Source: an uncultured Prochlorococcus sp.
GTDB lineage: Bacteria > Cyanobacteriota > Cyanobacteriia > PCC-6307 > Cyanobiaceae
Direction of reading: 5' to 3'
Assembly: GCA_902591275.1 (NCBI GenBank)
Contig: CACJAC010000003.1
Coordinates: 8,428 to 72,427, forward strand
DNA: 64,000 nucleotides
In this document: positions 18,794-28,655 of the stretch, in pieces
Numbering within the stretch: the stretch's first letter is position 1
How the letters are laid out: every line of letters begins with the position of its first letter
Notes under the pieces: model-generated
Database searches by the model: none
Seen by the model: only the letters and a program-made list of their open reading frames with translations
What the model was told of the DNA's origin: nothing
Translations under genes and position numbers: made by a program

Positions 18794-19894
18794 TTAAAAC
18801 CATTCTGTCTCAGCATTATCTTTTTCATTAGTATCGTCAAGCGGTGTATTTCTTTCAAACTTCATTGTTATACTTTTTTCTTGCTCACCAGATACATCAA
18901 CAGCTTTAATATCATATTTTTGAGTTCCATCTCTAAAAGGGACTTGAATTCTAAAAGTGCCATCTGCAGCGAGAGGTACATCTTCTGCGCCTATTGTCAG
19001 TTTTGCTGAAGGCTCTGTAGCTCCATAAACAATTAATTCAGCATCAGCCACGAGCCAAAAAGATCTATTTTTAACAATTCCACTTCCAGAATCATTTAGA
19101 CCTGAAGACCATTTACCAGCTCCTGAGTCTGTGAAATTATCATTAAGATTTGCTGAATTTACATTTTCCATGAATTCTTCAGAACCAACTTTTCTTCTGA
19201 TAGGAATGTTAGTTGCTGCTTGGTATAACCTTTCATGCATACCATTTTCTTCCGAAACAACAGGAGTTGAAATCTCTGGAATTAACTCAGAAGTTGAATC
19301 TAAATTAAAAGGCACAAATTTATCAAGAATTTGCTCAGATGGATGAGACCCAGGCACATGACTTACAGAAGAGAATGCCAATGACATCCAGTTAAAACCA
19401 TATTTGTAACCTAATTCAACTTTATAGTCCCTGTCTGCAAGTGGAATTGGCAAGTACCATTCTGTACTGTAACTATCAACTGTTATCTCCCTAAGCGTTC
19501 CTTGATTCAAGTTACTCCCATCAGAGCCAGATGCATCAAATAATCTTAAACATAATTTATTCGCACCCAATGATTGTGCTTTTTCTCGATCAGCCTCAGA
19601 AATTTGCCAGAAAACATAAGCCCAGTCTGGGTCTCGAGGTAGAAATACTACATTTGTTTTAACTTCATCACTACTGGTGAAAACATTGGACTTAAAAGTT
19701 TCTTTAGACTTTGACTCGGGAGGTGTAATGTATGTTTTTTTGGCTGATTTTTCTTGATATTTTAGTATTAAATCAACTAAAACAGCTTTTGTTTTGCGAC
19801 TGTAAAGCGGGACAGATAATTTACTTGCTTCTTGACGTAATTGTCTGAGGGTTAGTGAGAGTAGTTCATCTTTATTCATGATCCCATCAGCCAC
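18794..19894 (-). CDS. DUF4912 domain protein with N-terminal Rho_N-like helix-extended-helix
   Basis: LTLRQLRQEASKL..YSRKTKAVL, LPRDPDWAYVFW, FWLVADAELIVYGATEP. Confidence 0.85.
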   Translation of the reverse strand: MADGIMNKDELLSLTLRQLRQEASKLSVPLYSRKTKAVLVDLILKYQEKSAKKTYITPPESKSKETFKSNVFTSSDEVKTNVVFLPRDPDWAYVFWQISEADREKAQSLGANKLCLRLFDASGSDGSNLNQGTLREITVDSYSTEWYLPIPLADRDYKVELGYKYGFNWMSLAFSSVSHVPGSHPSEQILDKFVPFNLDSTSELIPEISTPVVSEENGMHERLYQAATNIPIRRKVGSEEFMENVNSANLNDNFTDSGAGKWSSGLNDSGSGIVKNRSFWLVADAELIVYGATEPSAKLTIGAEDVPLAADGTFRIQVPFRDGTQKYDIKAVDVSGEQEKSITMKFERNTPLDDTNEKDNAETEWF

Positions 19895-20162
19895 TTTAAA
19901 ATCTCCGTTTTTGTTTGGGATCAGTATGTTCTTTTTTTTTAGGAATTGTGTGCCTTTTTGCCCTGTCGTCAGGATCCTCTGACTACTAAAAAATTCTCAA
20001 AATGGATATTTCTCTTCAAAACGATTGGTATCAGTGAAATTAATTAGTTTTCAGGTCTTTTTGAAATGTAAATTAATTTTCTTTTTTTTTAAATTTTATT
20101 ACCTGAATTTGTTAACGACTCAACAAAAATATATTTTTTCTTCGGGATCAATTAAAAGGAAT

Positions 20163-20516
20163 TCAGCGTTGTTCAACTAGGAGTACTAAATCAGCTATCT
20201 CTAAATCCTCAATACTTTTATCTATTTTTTCTGAAAAAGAACATAATTTTTTCGAAGTAGATTCTAACTGCTCATAAAAAAGATCACTAAATTTTTCATC
20301 ATCAAATTTTTTGGATTGGTTATCGCACCATTCTTTCAGGAGATATTTATTTTGATATTCAAAACTATTATCTACATAAATAATTTTTAAAATCTGAAGG
20401 CAATGAGCGAGTATTCTTAAATGATGTTTCTGCATTATAGGTAGATCAAGATTATCAATTTCTTGAATGGTTTCTATGTTTAATGGGTTAGACAAGGGAT
20501 CAAGATGATTAGACAT
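20163..20516 (-). CDS. Conserved hypothetical protein, divergent from sufB
   Basis: 117-aa ORF with LPIMQKHHLRILAHCL. Confidence 0.7.
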   Translation of the reverse strand: MSNHLDPLSNPLNIETIQEIDNLDLPIMQKHHLRILAHCLQILKIIYVDNSFEYQNKYLLKEWCDNQSKKFDDEKFSDLFYEQLESTSKKLCSFSEKIDKSIEDLEIADLVLLVEQR

Positions 20517-20612
20517 TAATTTTTAGTTTTAATAAAGAAAAAAAACTCAATATTGGGGGTATCTTTCGTTAGAGTATATAAAAACTAATTGTAATAAGTT
20601 ATTTTTGATAAC

Positions 20613-22055
20613 ATGGTCAACGAAAATTTAGTTAAAGATGTAGTAAAAGAGCCTTACAAATATGGTTTCGTTACAGATATTGAAACTGAAAAGATAGAAA
20701 AGGGATTAAATGAAGATATCATAAAATTAATTTCACAGAAAAAAGAAGAGCCAAAATTTCTTCTTGATTTTAGATTAAAAGCCTTTAAAAAATGGCAAAA
20801 AATGAAAGAGCCTGATTGGGCAGCATTAGGATATAAAAAAATTGATTATCAAGATATTATTTATTACTCTGCTCCCAAGCAAAAAGAGAAAATTTCTAGT
20901 TTAGATGAAGTTGATCCCAAACTTCTTGAGACCTTTGACAAATTGGGAATACCCCTCACGGAGCAAAAAAAACTCACAAATGTAGCAGTAGATGCTGTCT
21001 TTGATAGTGTTTCTATAGCTACAACATTTAGAGAAGAGCTTGCTGAACATGGAGTTATATTTTGCTCAATTAGTGAAGCAGTAAAAAATCACGCGGATTT
21101 GATTGAAAAATATTTAGGTACAGTAGTTCCAGCTAGTGATAATTATTTTGCAGCACTAAATTCTGCTGTTTTTAGTGATGGTTCTTTTGTTTATATCCCC
21201 AAAGGTGTTACCTGTCCTATGGATCTATCTTCCTACTTCAGAATTAATAGTGGAGATTCAGGACAATTCGAAAGAACACTTATCATTGCTGAAGAATCAA
21301 GTTCTGTAAGTTATCTAGAAGGTTGTACAGCACCAATGTTTGATACAAATACTCTACATGCAGCAGTTGTAGAGCTCATAACATTAGACGACGCCTCAAT
21401 AAAATATTCAACAGTACAAAATTGGTATGCTGGTGATGAAAAAGGTGTTGGTGGAATTTTTAATTTTGTCACCAAGAGAGGAAAATGTTTAGGTAAGAGA
21501 AGTAAAATTAGCTGGTCTCAAGTTGAAACAGGGTCTGCAATTACATGGAAATATCCTAGCTGTCTTCTTTTAGGGGAAGAATCTGTAGGAGAATTTTATT
21601 CAGTGGCTCTCACCAATAATCTTCAGCAAGCAGATACCGGCACAAAAATGATTCATATTGGTCCTAAGACCAAATCAACTATTGTTAGCAAAGGTATTAG
21701 TGCAGGTAACTCAAAAAATAGCTATAGAGGTCTTGTCAAAATGGGAACAAAAGCTAAAGGATCAAGGAATTATAGTCAATGTGATTCAATGTTAATAGGG
21801 GATAAAGCTTCTGCAAATACATTCCCTTACATCAAATCTCAACAACCTAATTCTGAAATTGAGCATGAAGCAAGCACATGTAGAATCTCAGAAGACCAAC
21901 TTTTTTATCTACAAAGCAGAGGTATAGAATTTGAGGAGGCAGTATCTATGATGGTCAGCGGTTTTTGCAAAGATGTATTTAATCAATTACCTATGGAATT
22001 TGCTGCTGAAGCAGATAAGTTACTGGCACTTAAACTAGAGGGATCAGTAGGTTAA
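20613..22055 (+). CDS. sufB: Fe-S cluster assembly protein SufB
   Basis: [44 protein letters not shown]-terminus. Confidence 0.98.
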   Translation: MVNENLVKDVVKEPYKYGFVTDIETEKIEKGLNEDIIKLISQKKEEPKFLLDFRLKAFKKWQKMKEPDWAALGYKKIDYQDIIYYSAPKQKEKISSLDEVDPKLLETFDKLGIPLTEQKKLTNVAVDAVFDSVSIATTFREELAEHGVIFCSISEAVKNHADLIEKYLGTVVPASDNYFAALNSAVFSDGSFVYIPKGVTCPMDLSSYFRINSGDSGQFERTLIIAEESSSVSYLEGCTAPMFDTNTLHAAVVELITLDDASIKYSTVQNWYAGDEKGVGGIFNFVTKRGKCLGKRSKISWSQVETGSAITWKYPSCLLLGEESVGEFYSVALTNNLQQADTGTKMIHIGPKTKSTIVSKGISAGNSKNSYRGLVKMGTKAKGSRNYSQCDSMLIGDKASANTFPYIKSQQPNSEIEHEASTCRISEDQLFYLQSRGIEFEEAVSMMVSGFCKDVFNQLPMEFAAEADKLLALKLEGSVG

Positions 22056-22076
22056 TTATTCAATTTCTAAACTGAA

Positions 22077-22862
22077 ATGCAAAGTAAAATGAAAGAATCA
22101 GATCCAATTTTAGAAGTTGAAAATCTCTCTGCATCTACTGATAATCTTCCAATTTTAAAAGGGGTTTCACTTAATGTCTATCCTGGAGAAATCCATGCCA
22201 TTATGGGAAGAAATGGATGTGGCAAAAGTACTCTTTCGAAAATCATTGCAGGACATCCCTCGTATAATATTACAAATGGCGACATAAAATTTTTAGGTGA
22301 AGATATAAAATCTTTAGAACCTGAAGAGAGAGCTCAATCAGGAATTTTTCTTGGTTTTCAATATCCAATTGAGATTCCAGGTGTAAGTAACCTTGAGTTT
22401 CTTAGAGTTTCAACTAATGCTAGAAGGAAATTCCTCAACAAAGAAGAATTGGATACTTTTGATTTTGAAGAATTAGTTAAAGAAAAGCTAGAAATTGTGA
22501 AAATGGATCACGCATTCCTATCAAGGAGTGTAAACCAAGGATTTTCCGGAGGTGAAAAAAAAAGAAATGAGATTCTGCAAATGGCTTTACTTGAGCCCAA
22601 GATAGCAATATTAGATGAGACCGATTCTGGTTTAGATATTGATGCTCTAAGAATAGTGGCATCAGGAATTAAAAAAATATCTAATGCACAAACTGGAATT
22701 ATACTGATTACCCACTATCAAAGATTATTGGATGAAATTAAACCCAATTATGTCCATGTTATGTCAGATGGACAAATCATAAAAACTGGTAAGAGTGATC
22801 TTGCTCTAGAGCTTGAAGAAAAAGGGTATGAATGGACTGATAACTTTATAAAAGAGAACTAA
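22077..22862 (+). CDS. sufC: Fe-S cluster assembly ATPase SufC
   Basis: [42 protein letters not shown]. Confidence 0.97.
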   Translation: MQSKMKESDPILEVENLSASTDNLPILKGVSLNVYPGEIHAIMGRNGCGKSTLSKIIAGHPSYNITNGDIKFLGEDIKSLEPEERAQSGIFLGFQYPIEIPGVSNLEFLRVSTNARRKFLNKEELDTFDFEELVKEKLEIVKMDHAFLSRSVNQGFSGGEKKRNEILQMALLEPKIAILDETDSGLDIDALRIVASGIKKISNAQTGIILITHYQRLLDEIKPNYVHVMSDGQIIKTGKSDLALELEEKGYEWTDNFIKEN

Positions 22863-22866
22863 ATAA

Positions 22867-24084
22867 ATGGAAATTATTGAAAAAATAAAAACTAATAAAT
22901 CGACTGATAACCATACAGAAATACAAAAAATCTGTCTTCATAAATTACAATCAAGCCCTCTCCCTAACCCTAAAAGTGAACTATGGAGACTTTCAAATAA
23001 ATCAAAATTGTCAAATTTTTTAGATTACCCAGTTAATGAAAAAGATTCAAAATTTGATATTCCATATCCTAAAAATTCTCAAAATACTATTAGATTAATA
23101 ATTGGTGCGAATTGCCAAATTAAATTAACAGAGAAAAATTATTCAATATTGCAACTGGGTGAGAATGAATTACAAAAATATATCAAGGAACAGATATCTT
23201 TTTTTAATCAAAACGAAAATTGGAGTGACCTACTAAATCTGTCTTTAAGTTGTAAAAATAATATTTTGGGATTAAAGATAAATGGATCAAAAATTCCTCC
23301 TATTGAAATTTTTAGTCATGCATCAAGTAATTCTTTAAACGCAAAAACTCTAGTAATATTTTTAGAAAAGAATTGTGATATTGAATTATTACAAGTAAAT
23401 CTTGGTAAGGAAAACTCTTCGTTATCTCAATCAACTTTCTTTTGCTTGAAAGAAAATAGTTCCGTAAAACATGGTGTTGTTTCTTACGGTGAAAATAAAT
23501 CCAATCTATTAAATTCTCTCAATGTAATTCAACAAAAAAATAGTACATACAACTTAGGATCTTTACATTTCAAATTCAATTACGCGAGATTTGAAATTAG
23601 TATTAAACAAACTGCTGGAAACGCTAAAACAAATATCAAAGGTATGCAAATAACAAAAAAAGATGAGCAAATTTCAACCTATACAAAAATAGAATTTAAT
23701 GGCCCAAATGGATTTCTAGATCAAATTAATAAATCACTTGCTGATGATAAATCACATGCAATATTTGAAGGTTCAATAATAGTTCCGAAAATTGCCCAGA
23801 AAACTGATGCTTCCCAATTAAGCAGAAATTTACTTTTATCAAATCTCGCACAAATAGATACCAAACCTCAATTAGAAATAATTGCTGATGATGTGAAATG
23901 CAAACATGGAGCTACAATTTCGCAACTAAACGAAGAAGAACTGTTTTATATGCGAACAAGAGGGATCACATTAACAGAAGCAAGTAAACTACAATTAAGC
24001 TCCTACTTTAAAGAAATAATTTCATTTATTCCCGTTTCAAAAGATAGATGGGATTTGCTTGATAAACTTTTAAATGAGAATTAA
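22867..24084 (+). CDS. sufD: Fe-S cluster assembly protein SufD
   Basis: KPQLEIIADDVKCKHGAT, LFYMRTRG; stop overlaps the sufS start (TAATG). Confidence 0.94.
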   Translation: MEIIEKIKTNKSTDNHTEIQKICLHKLQSSPLPNPKSELWRLSNKSKLSNFLDYPVNEKDSKFDIPYPKNSQNTIRLIIGANCQIKLTEKNYSILQLGENELQKYIKEQISFFNQNENWSDLLNLSLSCKNNILGLKINGSKIPPIEIFSHASSNSLNAKTLVIFLEKNCDIELLQVNLGKENSSLSQSTFFCLKENSSVKHGVVSYGENKSNLLNSLNVIQQKNSTYNLGSLHFKFNYARFEISIKQTAGNAKTNIKGMQITKKDEQISTYTKIEFNGPNGFLDQINKSLADDKSHAIFEGSIIVPKIAQKTDASQLSRNLLLSNLAQIDTKPQLEIIADDVKCKHGATISQLNEEELFYMRTRGITLTEASKLQLSSYFKEIISFIPVSKDRWDLLDKLLNEN

Positions 24085-25337
24085 TGGAAACGATTCAAAA
24101 TTTTCCTGAAATAACGAAGAAAGACTTTCCTCTTCTAAATAAGAACTTAAAAAGTAATGAGCAAATTATTTATTTAGACCATGCTGCAACCACACAAAAA
24201 CCAATACAAGTCTTAAAAAAAATTGATGAATATTACAAAAACTTTAATGCCAATGTACATAGAGGTGCACATCAATTAAGTGTTAAATCAACAGAGGAAT
24301 TTGAAAATGCAAGAAATTTAATTAGCAAATACATAAAAGCAAATTCAGCAAAAGAAATTATTTTCACAAGAAATGCTACGGAGGCAATCAATATAGTATC
24401 TAGATCATGGGGGGAATATTCATTAAAAGAAAATGATGAGATTCTCTTATCAATAATGGAGCATCATAGTAATATTGTTCCATGGCAAATGGTTGCAGCA
24501 AAAAATAAATGCAAATTAAAATTTATAGGTATAGATAAATATGGGAAATTAGATATAGACGACTTTAAATCAAAGCTAACATCTAGAACTAAACTTGTTA
24601 GCCTAGTACATGTTAGTAATACTTTAGGTTGCTGTAATCCAATCAAGGAAATAACAAAATTAGCTAAAGAAAAAGGGTCTTTAGTATTAATAGATGCATG
24701 CCAAAGTTTGGCTCATCAAAAACTGGATGTGCTTGATCTTAATATAGATTTCTTAGCTGGATCAGGACATAAACTATGCGGCCCTACAGGTATTGGTTTC
24801 CTCTGGTCAAGACAAGAAATCCTAGAAAAAATCCCTCCTCTCTTTGGAGGTGGCGAAATGATTCAAGATGTTTTTGAAGAGACAAGTACTTGGGCAGAGC
24901 TACCACACAAATTTGAAGCTGGAACTCCAGCCATTGCAGAAGCAATAGGTCTTGCAGAAGCAATTAATTATATTAACAATATTGGATTGAATGAGATTCA
25001 TGAATATGAAAAGACCATTACTAAATATTTATTTGAAAAATTAAATGAAATAGAAAATGTTGAAATTATTGGTCCATCTCCTGAAATAGATCCAGACAGA
25101 GCATCACTTGCCACCTTTTATGTAAAAAATATACATTCAAATGATATTGCTGAAATTCTTGATTCAAAAGGAATTTGCATCAGAAGTGGCCATCATTGCT
25201 GTCAACCTCTTCACAGATACATTGGAATTAAATCTACGGCTAGAATTAGCATGAATTTCACAACAAATAAGGAAGAAATTGATATGTTTATAGAAAAATT
25301 AAAAGATACTATTGATTTTCTAAAAATCAATTCTTAA
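24084..25337 (+). CDS. sufS: Cysteine desulfurase SufS
   Basis: YLDHAATTQKP, MEHHSN, SGHK, FEAGTP, RSGHHC. Confidence 0.97.
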   Translation: METIQNFPEITKKDFPLLNKNLKSNEQIIYLDHAATTQKPIQVLKKIDEYYKNFNANVHRGAHQLSVKSTEEFENARNLISKYIKANSAKEIIFTRNATEAINIVSRSWGEYSLKENDEILLSIMEHHSNIVPWQMVAAKNKCKLKFIGIDKYGKLDIDDFKSKLTSRTKLVSLVHVSNTLGCCNPIKEITKLAKEKGSLVLIDACQSLAHQKLDVLDLNIDFLAGSGHKLCGPTGIGFLWSRQEILEKIPPLFGGGEMIQDVFEETSTWAELPHKFEAGTPAIAEAIGLAEAINYINNIGLNEIHEYEKTITKYLFEKLNEIENVEIIGPSPEIDPDRASLATFYVKNIHSNDIAEILDSKGICIRSGHHCCQPLHRYIGIKSTARISMNFTTNKEEIDMFIEKLKDTIDFLKINS

Positions 25338-27259
25338 ATATTCAAAGCATTTTTTAAAAATTCCTGAGATTTTTGCATTACTACTTCTTTATTTTCAATA
25401 TTTCTAAAACCATGCCCTTCATTATCAAAAAAAATAACTTCTGAATATTTATTATTCTGAAACAAAATTTCTTTAATTTTTAAAGTTTGTTTATAAGAAA
25501 TAACTGTATCTTTTTTTCCATGAAACAATAAGATAGGTTTTTTTATTTTTTTAATATGATTTATCGGTGATCTATTTATATAATCATCATAATTTTTTGC
25601 ATAATTCCCTACCAAAGAATTTAAATAATCTTTTTCAAACCTATGAGTGTTGTGATGCATATCCTTCAAATCAATAACTGGATATTTACAAATTGCTGCT
25701 GTAAAAATAGACCCATATAATAAACAATTCAGGGCAGTTAAACCTCCAGAACTATTCCCAAAAATTACTACTTTTTCACTATCAACTTGATTTGATTTAA
25801 TTAATTCAAGAGCTAGTGCTTTGCAATCATAAGAATCAACAATACCCCATTTATAATTCAACCTCTCTCTATATGCTTTGCCAAATCCTGATGAACCTCC
25901 ATAATTGACTTCAGCAACAAAAAATCCCTTCGACGTCCAATATTGAACTTCAGAATTATATGATCCATCAAAAAATGAAGTAGGTCCACTATGAGCTCTA
26001 ACAAAAAGCGGTGGTTTTCTAAATTTTTCAACAAGCGGCCTATATATAAAAGAATGAGTAGATTTATCTTCAAAACCTTTAAACCAAAAAGATTCAGGTT
26101 TTGAACAATCTTTTATATATTCAGCATTTATTTCCTCAAAAACATTTGATAAAACTTCCTTTTTACAATCAATTTCAAGTAAATTTCCAAGAAAATCAGA
26201 TCCATGACCTTTCAAAACTACTTTCTTCTCAAAAACACTAAAATCACTTATTGAGGTAAAAGGAGTAGAAAATTCTTTAACAAATTGAAGATCTTTATAT
26301 TGTTCAACTACTAAATTATTTTCTTTTTTTGCTAAACAAAATAAATCTTTTATATCCCCTGAAAAAAATGTTATTCCTGATACCCACTGAGATACTCCAT
26401 ATTCAACAAAATTTCTCTCTACTCTTTTTTTAATAAAAATATTCTCAATTTTACTAGCATCTAAAAACAATAAGTTCCACCATCCAGAACTATCTTCAGA
26501 ACATAATAAAAGAGTTTCACTTATCCAAAAAGGTTGAAAAAAAGAAACGTTTTTTTTGGCATTAATCAGCTTATCTGAGAATTTTTTTATTTTTGTTATC
26601 TCTCCATTTAAGTCAATTTGAGCAAAACAAAGATCATTTTTCTCCCAGGGCATGTATGGAGAATCCCACTCGACCCAAGAAAGTAAGCTAACAGAAGTAT
26701 TAGAAGATAATTCTCCAGCGAAATTTTTAAATTTTTTTATTCGGTAAATATCTTGTTTAGTTTTTTTTAAGTTTAAAGAAAATAAGTAATCTCTATTATT
26801 TATTTCACAAATACCATACAAAAAATTTTTTTGAGAAATAACAAATGAAGAATTGAAATTTCCATCAATTGATTTAGATAGTTGTCTAGGTTCTTGAACT
26901 GAATCGAGATATCTTTTTTGACTTCTATAATTTGATGCTACCTCTTTAAAAATTTGAAACCATACTGCGTTAGTAATCTGATCTATCCATATCAAATAAA
27001 AATTATTTTTTAAATATATACATTTATAAGATTTACCACCATATCCATGAAAATTATTTTTAAAATTATATTTTTGACTTGTTAATTTCTGCGGAAACGC
27101 CTCTTTTTCATTAAATGGTCTTGCAAAAATGGCATTTTCATTTGTACCTTCAGCAACAAGATCAATCCAAAAAATGATATCCCTAACAATAGTTAATTCC
27201 TTAAAAGATTTTTTTTTAGATACAGTTTGCCTAACTTTTAACTGATCATCATTACTCAT
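25334..27259 (-). CDS. S9 family prolyl oligopeptidase / dipeptidyl aminopeptidase
   Basis: HSGPT, VNYGGSSGFG, GNSSGG nucleophile, GKKD, EGHGF triad. Confidence 0.9.
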   Translation of the reverse strand: MSNDDQLKVRQTVSKKKSFKELTIVRDIIFWIDLVAEGTNENAIFARPFNEKEAFPQKLTSQKYNFKNNFHGYGGKSYKCIYLKNNFYLIWIDQITNAVWFQIFKEVASNYRSQKRYLDSVQEPRQLSKSIDGNFNSSFVISQKNFLYGICEINNRDYLFSLNLKKTKQDIYRIKKFKNFAGELSSNTSVSLLSWVEWDSPYMPWEKNDLCFAQIDLNGEITKIKKFSDKLINAKKNVSFFQPFWISETLLLCSEDSSGWWNLLFLDASKIENIFIKKRVERNFVEYGVSQWVSGITFFSGDIKDLFCLAKKENNLVVEQYKDLQFVKEFSTPFTSISDFSVFEKKVVLKGHGSDFLGNLLEIDCKKEVLSNVFEEINAEYIKDCSKPESFWFKGFEDKSTHSFIYRPLVEKFRKPPLFVRAHSGPTSFFDGSYNSEVQYWTSKGFFVAEVNYGGSSGFGKAYRERLNYKWGIVDSYDCKALALELIKSNQVDSEKVVIFGNSSGGLTALNCLLYGSIFTAAICKYPVIDLKDMHHNTHRFEKDYLNSLVGNYAKNYDDYINRSPINHIKKIKKPILLFHGKKDTVISYKQTLKIKEILFQNNKYSEVIFFDNEGHGFRNIENKEVVMQKSQEFLKNALNI

Positions 27260-27339
27260 TTAAAAAAACTATAAAGAATGCAAATTAAAGTGCTAGTATT
27301 TTTATAGCTAAACTCTTAAGTAAAAACCTTTTTTTTAAC

Positions 27340-27945
27340 GTGGCAAACCATTTTTCACAACTTGCAAAAAAGTCAAGAACAAATGGTAAGGCAGAAAAAA
27401 TTGCAAAAGAACAACCAGGTAAGCCATCTCTAGACATTTTTAAACTTGGTGATGATGTATTAAGACAAAATTCCAAAAGAATAACTAAAGTTGACGAATC
27501 GATTAGAAAACTTGCTAGAGAAATGCTTCAAAGCATGTATGCAGCTAAAGGAATTGGACTTGCTGCACCTCAAATTGGAATCAACAAAGAGCTTCTTGTC
27601 ATAGACGTAAATTTTGAAGATTCAGCAGCAGAACCTTTAATATTAATTAATCCAGAAATTACAGACTTTGGAACAACCCTAAATTCATACGAAGAAGGCT
27701 GCTTGAGTATTCCTGGCGTCTATTTGAATGTAGTAAGACCATCAACTATAAAATTAAAATTTAGAGATGAAATGGGACGCCCACGTAAAATGAAAGCAGA
27801 TGGACTTCTGGCGAGGTGCATTCAACACGAAATGGATCACTTAAATGGAATATTATTTGTAGATAGAGTTACATCAAAAGATGATTTGAACAAAGAACTT
27901 TTAAAAGAAGGGTTTAACGAAAAAGACGTTATCTCAATTAATTAA
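27340..27945 (+). CDS. def: Peptide deformylase
   Basis: GIGLAAPQ, EGCLS, QHEMDHLNG. Confidence 0.97.
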   Translation: MANHFSQLAKKSRTNGKAEKIAKEQPGKPSLDIFKLGDDVLRQNSKRITKVDESIRKLAREMLQSMYAAKGIGLAAPQIGINKELLVIDVNFEDSAAEPLILINPEITDFGTTLNSYEEGCLSIPGVYLNVVRPSTIKLKFRDEMGRPRKMKADGLLARCIQHEMDHLNGILFVDRVTSKDDLNKELLKEGFNEKDVISIN

Positions 27946-27949
27946 TTTA

Positions 27950-28291
27950 ATGACTGAAACAACAATATTTCAAAAAATCATTAATGAAGAAATACCCTGC
28001 GATAAGCTTTATGAAGATAAGTTTTGTATTGCGTTTAATGATATCCAGGCACAAGCTCCAGTACATTTTTTAGTGATTCCTAAAAAGCCAATAATCAGTT
28101 TATTGGAGTGTATTGAGCAAGATGCAAATTTATTAGGTCATTTACTTTTTGTTGGTAGCAAAATAGCTAAATCAAAAAATTTAACTAATTGGAGAACAGT
28201 AATTAACACTGGAGCAGAATCGGGACAAACAGTTTTTCATTTACATATTCATTTTTTATCTGGAAGAAAAATGAATTGGCCTCCAGGTTAA
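27950..28291 (+). CDS. HIT family nucleotide-binding protein (HinT-like)
   Basis: GQTVFHLHIH histidine triad, WPPG C-terminus. Confidence 0.95.
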   Translation: MTETTIFQKIINEEIPCDKLYEDKFCIAFNDIQAQAPVHFLVIPKKPIISLLECIEQDANLLGHLLFVGSKIAKSKNLTNWRTVINTGAESGQTVFHLHIHFLSGRKMNWPPG

Positions 28292-28337
28292 AACTCTCGA
28301 AAGAAATATTAATGGGTTATAAATAAATAAAAACAAA

Positions 28338-28616
28338 ATGAATACTCCAGAGTCCTTAAATACAGAATCTAAAAATTTATTCAACTTAATTTTAAAAAAT
28401 TGGGAAGAGTTAGATGATTCACTCAAAATTAAGTTAATAAAAATTTGGAACGTTTTAACTTATAAATGGCAATTACAAATTTTATTTAATTTACCTTTTC
28501 TACTATGGTGGGCATTAGATAAATCTTTTCCAAAAGTTCATGAATTTGATGCAACAATCTTGAATTACTTGAATTTACCTGACTGGGCACTTTCATTTAT
28601 TGGCTTTGGTCAATAG
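28338..28616 (+). CDS. Hypothetical Trp-rich membrane protein
   Basis: 92-aa ORF co-oriented in the operon, with a hydrophobic central helix. Confidence 0.65.
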   Translation: MNTPESLNTESKNLFNLILKNWEELDDSLKIKLIKIWNVLTYKWQLQILFNLPFLLWWALDKSFPKVHEFDATILNYLNLPDWALSFIGFGQ

Positions 28617-28655
28617 ACTGCTAAAAGTTATAATTTATTTCATAACATTAGCCGA

